Translations under genes and position numbers: made by a program
The notes under the pieces: generated by a model
What the model saw: the letters and a program-made list of their open reading frames with translations, nothing else
Databases searched by the model: none
What the model was told of the DNA's origin: nothing
Origin: Paraspadella gotoi
Taxonomy: Eukaryota; Animalia; Chaetognatha
NCBI GenBank assembly: GCA_051294375.1
Contig: JBJCIZ010000239.1
Coordinates: 3,824,402-3,888,401 of the forward strand
Direction: 5' to 3'
DNA: 64,000 nucleotides
In this document: in pieces, positions 24,284 through 37,700 of the stretch
Layout: each line of letters begins with the position of its first letter
Position numbering within the stretch: position 1 is the stretch's first letter

Positions 24284-25547
24284 GAAGCGAAGAGAGAAGT
24301 TTCACCTGATTTCCTTCGCACATATGTTTTGCGATAATCACAGGTTTTCACGTTTGAATCGAAGGTGTTTACTGAAAGAAGCGAAACCAAAAGGAAAAAC
24401 ATCGCTAAAAAAAAAAAATAATCCTTCATATCTTTGCGGATTTATTGGCGAATATCCTTTCCGCTTTTTTCCCCTTCGATATTCATCCATTTTTTGTTTA
24501 TATGACTCTCCGAAGAGGGTTTGTTTTTACTGTTTTTAGGGCCTTATTCTTGGTAAAAATAGTATTAATCTGGTTTCTTTTGTTTTTTTTGAATATCCCT
24601 GGACATTATTTATTTAGAAAACAAAAATTATTTTTTTTCTTTAAAAAAAAAAATTCATCTTTTGCGGATCGCCTAGCACTTTAGACTTTAGACTTTAGTC
24701 TTTTAGACTTTAGACTTTAGACCTTTAGAACTTTAGAACTGTAGTGTTAGAACTGGAGAGGGTCGGGTTTGGAGGGGGGGGGAGGGCCCCGGAATAGCCT
24801 CCAACGACAAAAAGAACTTTATAAAAGGAGAAAAAATTTACAAAGCTCTTCAATCTAACTCAATTATCAATTTTAATAAAAGCTGTAGTATTTTCATACA
24901 CCGCTAGTGCGTCAGGAGGTAGGTCGGAAGGTAGGTAGCCGCGATACTCCTCCAGCCCAGAAAGGACTCGGGTTGGCGCCCTGCTGATTCACACAAGAAA
25001 GCGCGGACGGGGCGTCTAACTCACTGTAGTGATGACTACAGCCCGATCCGAAGTTCGGACCGGTGAACTGCTTCGCGGAATCGTTTTCCCACAGCACTCA
25101 ATTAAGTGAACATTACGCGTAACTATAATTACGTAAATCTATTCACAAGCATAGCGACTTTCATCCCAAATAAAAAGGGGGGTTAGGATTATTTTGAGTC
25201 TCAGTGGGCAAGCCAAGACATTAGTGAAGGGGCTCTCTCAACGCAACTCGAAGTGTGTAATTTTATAAAATAAAAATTTTCAAATAAAAATTTCTCAAAT
25301 TAACAATATAAAACGAATCGACCCCAAGTCTACGAGTCTATCGCCCACAACTCACAGCTTTGCACTGCAGATTAGCGGTGTCGTTGATCGTGTAACACTG
25401 CAGACCGGCGCTGAAAGCGGGAAGGCCGATCAAGAAGACGCCGAGTACGAGAACCGGCGCGAAGACGACGACGACGGCGCTTCCGAGTCTGGGCGCGGCG
25501 GCGACCCGGACGAAACCGGCGTCGATGGGCGTGGCACTATCGTCCAT
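23063..25547 (-). CDS. Three-finger (Ly6/uPAR, quiver/sleepless-like) protein with predicted GPI anchor; exons 25547-25356, 23833-23674, 23187-23063
   Basis: Spliced ORF is intact: hydrophobic leader ...VLVLGVFLIGLPAFSAG, then LQCYTINDTANLQCKA|TNCKRVTVHSWNLATQHFHKYTYLIGCTDEVVGKEQLACTDKTRAHDIHDGKV|GNLTCLCSNGDLCNAAATLGADRVALPILTALLIPSLYRRL*. Eight Cys, terminal CxC...LCN motif, GPI-type tail; GT-AG sites and phases (0,1) fit. Confidence 0.85.
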
Positions 25548-26640
25548 TTCGTCGGAGGCGGCGCCGCGTTAAAAAAAAAAACAAAAAAAAAAAACAGAAA
25601 ACTCGTTCGTTTTTTTTTCTTTCTTGTTTTTTTTTTTTTTTTTTCTGGTCGTTGATTTGTGTTTTCAGTGCAAAAATAAAAGGAATATAAAAAGAGCGAG
25701 AGAGAGATGGAGACGACAAGAGAAGGGGAGAGAGAGAGAGAGACCAGAAAGAAGCAAGGACGTCCCGGGAGCGAGGGAATTTCGCTGCGACGCCGCGCCG
25801 ACGACTGCGGGACGGCATCAGGCCGCGGCGGAGACGGCGCCGCTTTCTTGGCTGCATCGGTGGCATCTGCTGCGTCAGCTGCATGCGGCGCAGGAACGGC
25901 GTGCTCTCTCTCTTTCTCTCTCTCTCCTCGCTTCATATTAGGTGCAGAGTAAACAAAACTACGCTCTGATCGCATGTTTTGCAAACTTAGATTGAAACGA
26001 AAATACAAAGTTAACGATTGCATCGAGAAATTGAAATCAATGAAATCAATAGCTTGGTCATTTGTACGGGTCGAGCAGGAACTTCGTTTTATATTTCATT
26101 TATTATATATGTATTTAGAAATATGAATAAGAAATAAGAAATACATGAACTTGACATACTTTTTTTTTACTATTGAATGCGTGAGCAAATACAAAACAAT
26201 GGGGATATTGTAGATGCGTCGGCTCAGGTCAGGTTCTCTGTCGTAAAAACATTTCCCTCTATTTGAAATCCTTCTCACTGGCCTTTTGTTTCATTTTCCT
26301 TTCGATTTTACCGAGAGATGTCGCGCTGTAAAGTGACAAAACGGAAACACGTCTGACAAAAGACAAACGCAATCGAAGGCCCTCATCTCCGCTGCCCGCA
26401 TGAATTTCCAAATTTAGGGTTTTTAAAACTTTGTTCCACAGTGAAGAAACCGCAATTGCAAAGCGGAAAGTGTCCCAATATATTTAAAGATTATCTGTTA
26501 TTACATTGTAAACAATTAACGATAACCGCTTAGAAAAATATTTTCGTATGATTCAATAAACCTTTTGCTCGCTTCTTATCGTTACGCTATCCGAAAACGA
26601 ATACGTATTATTACAACTTAAAATCGAAAAAAATCACAAC

Positions 26641-29600
26641 ATGTCCGGGAATAACCTGGCTTCCCGAATTCCCTCCTTCCTCCGTAATCGGCGTCAAGAT
26701 GCCGGAAATTCTTCCGGCAGCGCCGTCGGAGCCGTCGCCGAGAAAAGAAAGACTCGATCTCCAGTCGCCGAGGAAAACGCCGTCGTCGATTCGTCGTCGT
26801 CGTCGTCGTCGCCGTTTTCGTCTTCCTTGCCGATGCCAACCATGTCCGTCGCTCAACTGTCGTCTTCGTCGTCGTCTTCGTTGTCGTCTTTGTCGTCGTC
26901 CTCCAAGCCGAGCCATTTTTGTCGGCCTCGCAAATCGTCGTGTCGTTCGTCGTCGTCGTCGTCGCTTCTCCCGTCGTCGTCGTCGTCGCTTCACGTCGTC
27001 GTCGTCGTCGTCGCTTGTCCGCTCGTCGTCGTCGTCGGTCGTGTCGTTCTCCGTCGTCCGTCGTCGTCGTTGCCATCGTCTGCTTCGTCGTCGTCGTCTT
27101 CGCTATCCACTTTAGGATATCGAACCGACGAAGCCGACAGCGCCGGGATAAGGCCGGAAATCGGCGCTGCGTCGACGGCGTCTTTGCCGGACGTGATGAC
27201 TTACCCGGCCGAGGATCTCGTCGTCAAGGAAACGAGGGTGGAAGAAGTCGACTTTCACGGGTAAGGCCTTTCTTAGGTGAGGCGCAGTAATGATAATTGG
27301 ATAAGTCAAACTTTCTTTAAATATTAATCTAGTTTTTTTGGTTAGTATTACTATGATCGAACTCAAAGTAAGTACAAAAAATGGTTTCTAAAATTTAAAA
27401 CACCTTAAAATTGGTACAAAGTACAAACTTATCTAAATTACAAAAAAACTAATTATTTTGCCTTCTGACTTTGTAGGTAGAGAGCGAAAAACGTTAACAA
27501 TGTTTAAAATAATCTATTAACCCCACTTAAATAAAGCTAAATCCCCCCCCACTCTCTCACCGCTATCGCAGCACCTCCATCGACGCTCGAACCCGCGATT
27601 GTCTCGTGACCTTTTGTTTGCCTCGAACTTCCGTCGCTCGCCGCCAGGAGGGACTCGGCGCCGGCGTGGCGGCGCGGGACGTCGCCGCCGAGTGGGCGAG
27701 ACTGTTCGAGGAGACGGAGGCGCAGGTCTGGCTGGGCAGTTGTTGTTATTGTTGTTGTCATGGTTGAATGATGATGATTTCCAAAATTAAATGAAAAAAA
27801 TGTTTGTACCAATGTCACGAAAATATTCAGTTTAACATTGTAACAGTACGCTACTATGCGTGTTTTTAAATTTTGATAAATTGTAAAAAAAAGTATTTGT
27901 GGCTTGTGGACGGAGCCAGCTTGCTTTTTTGAGACTAGTGAATGTTAATGAATGTTAATTGTCAATTCAGTTTATTTAAAGTAACACGAACAGCCTCGCT
28001 TTATTGTTGACTTTGTACTAAATCTTAGTATTCATTATGTTGTTCTGTTTCGTCCTAAGTTGATCTTTTGTTTTCTCTTTCCCGATTTCTCCGCCAGGAT
28101 TTCGAGACGGACGTCAGTACGACCGACGCTTCTTCCTCTTCCGCCCGCTTCCTCGTTTCCGACGAAGACGACGCCGCCACCAAGGCTTCCGCCGACTCCA
28201 CCGACGCCGCCATCCAAACCGGCGCCCCTGTCACTGCGGAGGATCTGCGACGACGCCGAGTCTCCGCTAGGCGCCAGCGCGCCATCTTTGCTCTGTACGA
28301 CGTCGAAAACGAAAAGGTGAGTCTTGCGGAGGGGGGGGGGGAAACCATTTTGAGTAGAAAAGGCGCTTTGTGCGCTGAAGACTACATTTGTTCCATCGCA
28401 AGCAAAGCGAACTGTGCTTAGTAAGGCGTAGTAAAATTTCTAAATTTAACTTTAATTAAAATTCTAAAAGTGAGGAACGAACAACATTATACTAATGAAC
28501 ATTTATGTAATTAAAAAAATTATAATAAATTTTACAATTTACGCAGTAGGCCATGTTTATACTAGTACTAAACCAATAAATGTTAAAATTTCAAAACAGT
28601 TTTTTCTAAGATTTTTTTGCAGATTTTGATTCGTCATAAAATGTTGATAAAAAGAAATAGAACTTTTTTTAAAAAATTCCTTCATTAAGTGGGTCAAAAA
28701 TTAGAAAAAGCTATATTTTAAGCTGAAAATAACTTTTTATATATTAAATATAGTTTTTTAAATTTTTAACCCACTTAATGAAATAATTTTTAAAAATGAT
28801 TTATATTTTCTTTTATCAACTTTTGCAATCAAAATTAAGAAAGGCATATTTTGAAATTTTTCGATTTTATAAGGATAGTACTATATATAAATATGGCCTA
28901 CTGCAAAAATTAAAAAACATAAAATTAATTTTTTTTACAAATTAATGTTCACTGATGGTATGTTGTTCATAATTGACTTTTAGAATTTTCATATGTAACT
29001 TTCACTACGCCTTAGTGCTTAGGGAGACGGATACGTCTCCTCAAAGAAAAGAACCGGAACCATTTACACAATACTCGTTTTTTTTTATTTCAAAACTTTT
29101 CATATATGGAAAGGTCTAATGCTCAATTAGCTCGTCATATTACAGCGTGTCCCGATGGTATCGTCGCTTAACTTTTAAATATGAAATGTAGCCATATTTA
29201 TCAATAGATTTGAATAAAAATTTATGTTTACATTATTTAAATCAAGGTCTGTGACACGAACTGATTTTCTAATCTGTCTGAAAATTTTATTTTTCATAGA
29301 TTTTTATTTATTTTCTTCTATTTGTTTTTTTTTTTTTTTAGTCCAAGCTGACTAAAAACTAACACACTTCAGAAGCTTTTTCCTGACAAATCGAGCTTTT
29401 TTCGATATTTGCTCCAACAATATTCTAATTCATTAATACATCACATTCAGTTTATAATTTAGGAAAAACAAATTTTAGTATTCACAACGATTTTTTTTAA
29501 TGACAGTAACGACAAAAAACTGTCATTAAAAAAAATCGTTGTGAATACAAAAAAAAAAAAAAATCGGAATTTTTCCTAACACCAAAACGCAACGAAACGA

Positions 29601-30771
29601 AAGGATTATAACAAAAGTTTATAATTGTTTTACGTGAAATTAAATATTAAACAAGGAAATATAAACATTTAATTATTTTAACCCGCAGACGAAACTGACG
29701 ACGCGAACTCCCCCGACGACCCCGTCGCCGCCGACGCCCGAGCTGACGGCGTTGTTGGAGATCGACTTGAGCCGAGTGGAGTCGGTCTTGTTCGGATCGA
29801 GGATCTCTGGATTCCTGGCCGTTTACGACGTCGCCACTGAGAGGAAGGTTGGATGAGGAAAAGGGGGGTTTTGGGGGGTGGAAGGGTGGGTGGAAGGTGG
29901 CTACCGGTTAGGGTGAGTAGGTGTAAGCTGATTGGTTGTCGTAGAAACAGGAGAAATGTGGTGCTTGTCGAAAAAGTAATGATAAATAAAATGAAATTGA
30001 TGAAATGAATAAATAAAATGAATGGATGAAATAAATGAATGAAATGAATGAACGAAATAAATGAATGAAATGAATTAATGAAAAAAAATAAGAAATGAAA
30101 TGAAAAAAAAAGTTCAGTGAAAGTCATATATCCTGTAAGAGTGATGGAGGCCTTAAACCACCAAAGCCTGTCCAAAGTCAGGGGCTTATTTATTAAACGA
30201 ATGAATAATTTTTAAATTGGTTGTATCAATTTCATAATGACCAAGCGTTTCGTGATCAGTAATATCATTCTCTTTGTATTAAAACATATTTTAAATAAAA
30301 CTATTTTTAAATATCCTTCTTAACTCTCCCCGCTCCTTCCCTCTCCCAGCTGACGGAGAACTTCTCCTTCGACGGCTGCCGCGGCCGCTGCCTCCTCCGC
30401 CTCAGCCGCCGCAGCAAGAATCATTTCGTGGTTCTGCGGCTGGAAAAGTGTCGCTCTGGCGCCTCGGCCGTCGCCTCCTCGCGCCGCGAACGATCCCGCA
30501 GCGCGAGGGGCTCCTCCAAAGGCCCGCCCGGGGGATACCGCGTGCCCTTGGCGTGGACGGCGTTCAATCTGTCGGACGCGATGGAAGGGGGATCCAAGTA
30601 GGGGATGGATCGATCAATAAATCGTTTTATCAATCAATTAAAGATATAATCAAATCTGAAATCAACAAGTCTAGTAATCAAAACCAAAAATAAACAAATT
30701 CATACCTTACGTATATACCTTATATATAGCTTAAAAGTCATACCTTATATCATACCCTGAAAAGAATATAG

Positions 30772-30810
<39 letters not shown>

Positions 30811-32834
30811 CATAAATCGATCAGTCAATCAATCGATCAATCGTCTCCTTAGGTCCACCTTGTCTTCTTCCTCCTCCTCCTCCTCCTCTTCCTCCTCCTT
30901 CTCCTCCTTCGGGCGACGCGAACCGTCTGTCTCCAGCCTCCCGTCAACTCCATCGTCGACTCTCGACGCCCCCGACGCCGGTTCCGCGTCGACGGCGTCG
31001 TCGCCGGCGCCGATCAGACGCTGCGGCGCCGGGTCGGCGAATTGGAGGTTAAGAAGGGATGGGAGGGGGAGGAGGAAAAAATTAAAAGGAAAGGAGAAGA
31101 AATAAAAGGAAAGGAGAGGAAATTAAAGGAAAAAAAGAGGGAATAAAAGGAAAGGAGAGGAAATAAAAGGAAAAGAGAGGAAATAAAAGGAAAGGAGAGG
31201 AAATAGAAGGAAGGGAGAGGAAATAAAAGGAAAGGAGAGGAAATAGAAGGAAAGGAGAGGAAATGAAAGGAGAGAAAATAGAAAGAAAATAGAGGAAATA
31301 AAAGGAAAGGAGAGAAAATAGAAAGAAAGGAGAGGAAATAAAAGGAAATGAGAGGAAATAAAAAGTAAAGGAGAGGAAATAAAAAATGAGGGAGAGGAAA
31401 TAAAATGAAAAAGAAAGGAAATAAAAAGTAAAGGAGAGGAAATAAAAAGGAAAGGAGAGGAAATAAAAAGGAAAGGAGAGGAAATAAAAAGTAAAGGAGA
31501 GGAAATAAAAAGAAAAGGAAAGGAAATAAAAAGGAAAGGAGAGGAAATAAAAAGGAAAAGTGGGAGAAGAATGGAAGGTACTTGTCGGAGGAGAAGAAAA
31601 AGTTTATTTCGTTGATGATCCAATTGAATTTTCTAAATAACATTTGTGCCGAGTAAAACCTGTCAAACGTATCAAAACACATCCGACATTTTATTCAAAA
31701 ATCTCCAAGACAGTCTCTTTTTGACCTCATGACCTCATGACCTCCTCCGGACCCCCTCACGACCATCCACCCCACACCCCCGCCCCTCTAAACCCTTCCA
31801 ACAGATCCTCGATCTCCAACAGTCGCGAATCCGTCTCTTCGATCTCCACTCGATCTTTCTCTTCCGCCGTCGAGTTCGAGTTGGATCAGTTCTTCAAACA
31901 CGAGGGCGAGAAGACGACGGACGAAGCCGTGCTGCATCATCTCGCCGCTTCATCCGCGGCAGCTTCGAAGGGATCGTCAGCCGCCTCCGCGGCGCCGTTC
32001 AAACTCGTCGAGAAGCTTCGCGTCGACGTCCGAATCTCCGCCGTGCCCGAGGGGCTCGTCCACCGACAGCCTAACCCTCCGCCGGGCTACGGAGAAGAAA
32101 AGGAAGAGGAGCACGAAGAGGACTCCGTCTACAGCCTCCAAGAATTCGTCCGCCCGTCGCTGGAGTCGACGCCGCATTCCACCTACGAGAACGTTCTCTA
32201 CGCGACCCCGCAGCGGGTCGACCTCTCCAAGATCCGCGTCCGCGCGAGGAACGTCGCCTTGAAGACGCGATTGAGAGCGGACGAGGGAGATGTGGTGGAT
32301 TTGAGGAGCGTCGTGACGCCGAGTGGGCGTGGCGGTGGGAGGTGGAGCTGGTGAGGTGTTGGGGGGGAAGTATAGCTTCGAATATGTTATTTTTGGAAAT
32401 ATTGATTAGGGTTTAAGGTTTAAGGTTAAGAGATTAGGGTTTAATAGATTAGGGTTTAATAGATTAGGGTTTAAGATATTAGGGTTTAAGGTTTAAGGTT
32501 AAGAGATTAGGGTTGGGGATTCGGTTAAAAATTTGCTAAAACATTAATTCAATTCAGAAATTGGTTGATTCCGGAAAATAGTGCCGAATTTTAACTTAAG
32601 GGGGAAAATCCCTGTTTTCCTTCGGTTCCACTTATTTGACATAAACTATCAAATTTGTTATTTATTATTTAGAATTTGAGTTTGATTCAGTCTTCAAATT
32701 TACGTTTCAACAGAAAAAAATAGCATTTAAATGTCAGTGTTTTGGATTGGTCCAATTGTCTGTCCTTTTGTCTGTCCCTTTGTCTTTTGTCTGTCTGTCG
32801 TTTTGTCCTTTTTCTACCTCTCTGCATTTCGTCC

Positions 32835-32911
<77 letters not shown>

Positions 32912-34747
32912 ATGTCTGATTCTTTCGTCTGTCCTCTCTGACATTTCGTCCGTCTTTCTCTCTCTCCCCTCTCACTCCTCCTTCCCACTCTCAACTCTCC
33001 TTCCACCCCCGATTTCTCCTACCACCCACCACCGCCCGTGAAGCGACCACCTCCGTCACCCACCACTGCGCCACCCCACCTTCTACGAGGAGATCAAGTT
33101 TTCGATTCCGCCCAAACTTCATCGACGACATTTTCTCTTCTTTTCTTTTCATCACGTCAGCTTCAGGGGGAAATCCGGAGACGGGGATGAGCAAGAAGAG
33201 CGAGCGGAGGTCATTCTCGTTGTTGTTGTTGTTGTTGTCGTTGTTGTTGTTGTCGTCGTCGTTGTTTTCGTTTAAACCTATTAAAAGTATTGTTAAAACC
33301 GTCAAATAAGACTACTGTGAAAACTGTATCAAAAGATATGAGAAATTATCTAAACTGCTACAATATGTAAATGAGATTGAAGTACTCAATCTCATTTGAA
33401 ATGAACCACAAATTATTCTGTTACATTTGCTCTCGTTTTTGTCTTTTTTCTTCCCGTTGTTTCGACTTGTAGTCGGGCATTGCATCAAAGTTTACGCCGT
33501 CTATAAACCGGACAGTCGTGACCTAGTGGCTTATCGAGTAATAACATCAGTTCGTGATGTTATTATTATTCCGTACCGGGTTCGATCCCCAATGATTCCT
33601 ACCCTGAGGGAAGAGTGGGGACGGCCGTAAACCGCCTTGGGGGCGTGGAAAACCTCCAAGCCTGGTTCCGAGCCCAGGACCCGTTCCATTGCAGCCGAAG
33701 AGGCACAGAAGACACGGACTCGTTGTTGTTATTGTTGTTGTGAAGGTCGTTGTTTTCAACGTCTTTGTAGTTGTTGTTAAGAATGTCTTTCTTATTGTTG
33801 TTGTTATAGTGGATTGTTTCTGTGGATGTTGTCGTTGTTGAAATTGTCATAGTTGTATTGGTTGTTGTCGTTGTTGTAGTTGTTTTTCTGGAGGTCGTAA
33901 TTTCGTTTTTGTGGATTTTGTTCTTGTTGTTTTTGGAAGTGCTGTGGCTGTATTTGTGATTGTTGTCAAAGCAATTTAACGCATAGAAAGATAAAAAATA
34001 TCATTAAAGCGTAAAGTTTTAAGATCATTAAAGTTTAAAATATTAGTTGACAAACCCCAATAACTCTCTTCCTCCAGAATCGGTCCAGACTCTCCACTTC
34101 CTCCTTCCCCTCCTCTTCTTCTTCCTCCTCCTCTTCCCCCATCGCTTGGACCTGGCTCCCCCTTCTCCGGCGCGACCGCCTCGCCGTCGGCGACTACGAA
34201 CTTCCGGTCTCCACGGCGCCGGTTCCGGACAACCTCGACTTCTCTCTGTCGCGGACGGATCATCCCGGCGTCGTTTGGTCGACGGCCGAAAGCCGGTTTT
34301 CAAGGTGGCGCTTCGGGCGGCGTCCTCGGTGCACACGCAGGACGAAGCGTTGAACGGTGTGTGTGTGTGAGGGAGGGGGATCGTTTTTTATGGGTTTGGA
34401 GTCGTGAAATGGGGAATGGGGTAAGGCAGGGGGTAAGCTGAAGGTGATGCAGCGAGTTGAGTTCTGTCGCGCTATAGAGTCACTAATGATTTAAGTCTAA
34501 ATTGTATGTATTACTTTAACGTTTTCTCTCAGGTGTTTTATCATTACGCAAGCAACGCACATTTGATAGAGTCTACTGTATTTACTTTGAGATTATATTT
34601 TCGTTAGATTCTTTCGACGACTCGGTTCTTGAGGCGGGCGAATTACCTTCTCACCTGGATCGACTAACGAGGAGCCCGACTTCCGTCGAGGTCCGAGCGT
34701 CGCTGGAGGGCGTGGCAGCGGCAGCGGCGGAGGTGAGAGAGAGAGAG

Positions 34748-34789
<42 letters not shown>

Positions 34790-37700
34790 AAAGAGAGAGG
34801 AGAGAGAGAGATACTGTAATAAGTATGATGATAAGTATTTAGATATTTGCTTTATTAGATAAACTAATTTTAGTTTGATTCGAAATTTTTTTTATATTTT
34901 ATCAATTTAATTAATTAAATATTAAATTCATTATTATGCCTCCAGGTGATGGTTGAAATTCCTTCCTCTGATTCTCAACAAACTTCTGTGGATCCTCTCT
35001 TGGAACCGTCGTCGTCGACGGCGAGAGCTTTACGACTTTCTCCGGGTTAGATGACGGTTTTAATTGGTTAATTGCGGTTAATAGGCTAAAATACTTAAAG
35101 GCAGGGTCTTTAAATACAATTGAACAATTCTTTAAAATATTTACCACTTTTATTGAATAGGGAAGCCGGGTACTTTGTAAGTGAATAAACGAGACTGTGA
35201 GAAGAGTCTTGATTGAAGCTTTGCAGGGGTCCGCCTATGTCATTATCTTGTAAGAGTGATGGAGGCCTTAAGCCACCCAATCCCGTTCCAAAGTTAGGGC
35301 AAGACAATTTTTTTAATTAATTAATGGATAATTATTATAGGGTTATACCAATTTCATACGTTACATAGTTAGCCAATAATCTATATTTCGTATTGAAGTT
35401 TCAGAAATTTCAAAGAACATTTTTTTTNNNNNNNNNNNNNNNNNNNNNNNNNTTAATGTTTTTGTTTTTTAGTTTTTTTTATATAAATTTCTTTGACGGC
35501 TCTTTTTTTTGTTTGCTATTTGAGCGGATAAAACATCGTCATATTAAAGCAAACATTAGATAAACCACAATAAAAAAAAATGTTCTTTGAAATTTCTTGA
35601 AAAAACTTGCAATAGCGAAATATAGATTTAATTGCTAAGCTAGTAACGTAATGAAATTGAATTGGTATAACCATATAAGAAATTATCCATTAATTAATTA
35701 AAAATTGTCTTTGCTCCTAACTTTGGACCAGGCTTTGGTGGCAGCAAGGCCTTCCATCACTCTTTACAAGATAATGACATAGCGGCGGACCCGCTGCAAG
35801 CTTTCAATCAGACTCTCTACAACAGTCTCGTTTATATTCACTTACAAAGTACCCCGGCTTCCCCTATGCGAATAAAGTGGTAAATGAATAGTTTAAAGAA
35901 TGTTGTTCAAATTGGTATAAGAAGAGACCGCTCCCTTCAAGTATTTGTAGACTGGCATTAACCGCGCAATTAGACCGAAGTTAACCCCCGGTCGCCGTCT
36001 ACCGGCGAAAGTCGTAAGGCGTTCCGCCGCTCAACGACGACACGGTTCGCAGTGAGGATCCACAGAAGTTTGTGTGAGAGATCAGAGGGAAGAAATTTCG
36101 ACCATTCAACGCGCTGGGAGCGATAATAAGTGAGATTATAGTTTAATTAAATGTTAAGTAGTATAAAAAGTAAAAAATAAATTAAAAAATGTATCGTAGT
36201 TTAATTAAAGGCAAATATGCTAAATACTTATCAATCCACAACATTATTACAGTATCGTCTCTCTCTCGCACCTCTCGGCTCTCGTCGGTCGTCAAGGGCA
36301 TGCTGTCCTCTGCTCGCGCTCCTCTCTTCGTCCTCTGTTCTCTTCGTCTCTCAGCTCTCCGACCTTCCATCATCTCCTCGATCTCTCTCTCCTTCTCTCT
36401 CTCTCCTCCTCTTCTTTTTCTTTTTCTCTCCTCCGTCCGTCTTCCCAATCCTCCTCCTCTCTCGTCTCTCTCTCTCTCACTTCTCCTCCCCGTCCCTCTC
36501 CTCTACACCGTCTCCTCTCTCCTCTTCACCCTCTCCTCACTCTTCCTTCTCCCTCCCTCCCTCTCTCCCCCACACCTCCTCCTCTCTCCCCCTCCCCTCT
36601 CTCTCTCACGCTTCCTCCGCCGCTGCGCTGCCAGTATCGCCGCCCTCGAAGATAGATGCAGCGACGAGGCTTCCTCTAGGAGCGTCTGCTTATCGATGAC
36701 CTCGGGACGGAGTCTCGGGCTGCCTCGTTAGTCGATTTTCAGGTGAGAAGGTTATTCGCCCGCCTCCAAGAAAAAAACCGAGTCCGTCGATAAGAAATAC
36801 TAGACGAAATATATAATCTTTTGCAACAGTAAATACAGAAAGACTTCTTTCTGCCTTACAATTGCACGATTCCGCCATTTCAAACGACTCCAAGACTGCC
36901 ATAAAAAAAAAATCCCTCTCCCTCGATCACAAGCACATCAGGGCGTACATGTTTCAGCCATGACACTGATTAGCACATTCACGAAGTACAATCATAGACG
37001 AGGCCGTTCCGCAACTGCTTCGTGCCTGCGTGTGGCACCGAGGTTTACGCCGGCCGAATGCGCCAGCACAGGCCGACGAGTTGGAAACGCGGCTTTCCCG
37101 GCGTATGCGAGCCAAACGACGGCGCGGGATGATCCATCGGCGAACAGAGAGAAAGTCGGTAGGTTGGTCGGAACCGGCGGCCGTGAAGACGGAAGTTTCA
37201 GTAGTACGCCGACGGCGTAGGCGTCGGCGCCGGAGAAGGGGGAATGCCCTAGGTCCAAAGCGAATGGGGGAGAGAAGGAAGGAGGAGAGAGGAGAGAGGA
37301 AGGAAGAAGGGAGGGGAAGGAGGAAGTGGGGAGTGCTGGAGCGATTCTGGAGGGAAAGAAAGTTATTGGGGTTTTGTCAGCTAATATTTTTAAACTTTAA
37401 TTGTTACTAACCTACTTTATTAAGGCCTTATAGATGATGAATTTTTATGCTCTGAGTATCTATGACAGCAGATGAAAAAATAACGTGGCGAAATCGGTCT
37501 CAGTGCTGATATTTTATCCTATTAAATTGCGTTTTCTGTCTATTTCCTGAGCCAATTAATTGATCACTAGCTTTTGGTAATATGTGCGAATACACTACTG
37601 ACATATCTGTATCTGACATACCCTTACTTATGCAACCAAAAAAGTTTTAACTAGATCAAAGAAAATAGTAAAAAAAGATGAAGCAGATATAGCTCGAACC

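Larger units (their letters stand above)
18180..26560. repeat. Tandem duplication of about 4.1-4.3 kb (18180-22449 and 22475-26560) across the N gap at 22450-22474, containing the Ly6/uPAR gene; probable haplotype or gap-fill artefact
   Basis: Both units start tataagaaacattttagataatggat and end ...atattttcgtatgattca; they differ mainly by small indels. Confidence 0.88.

Noticed and set aside
18180-26560. Real tandem gene duplication of the three-finger gene
   Set aside because: The junction is an N gap and the differences are random indels typical of unpolished reads; it cannot be fully excluded without read data.
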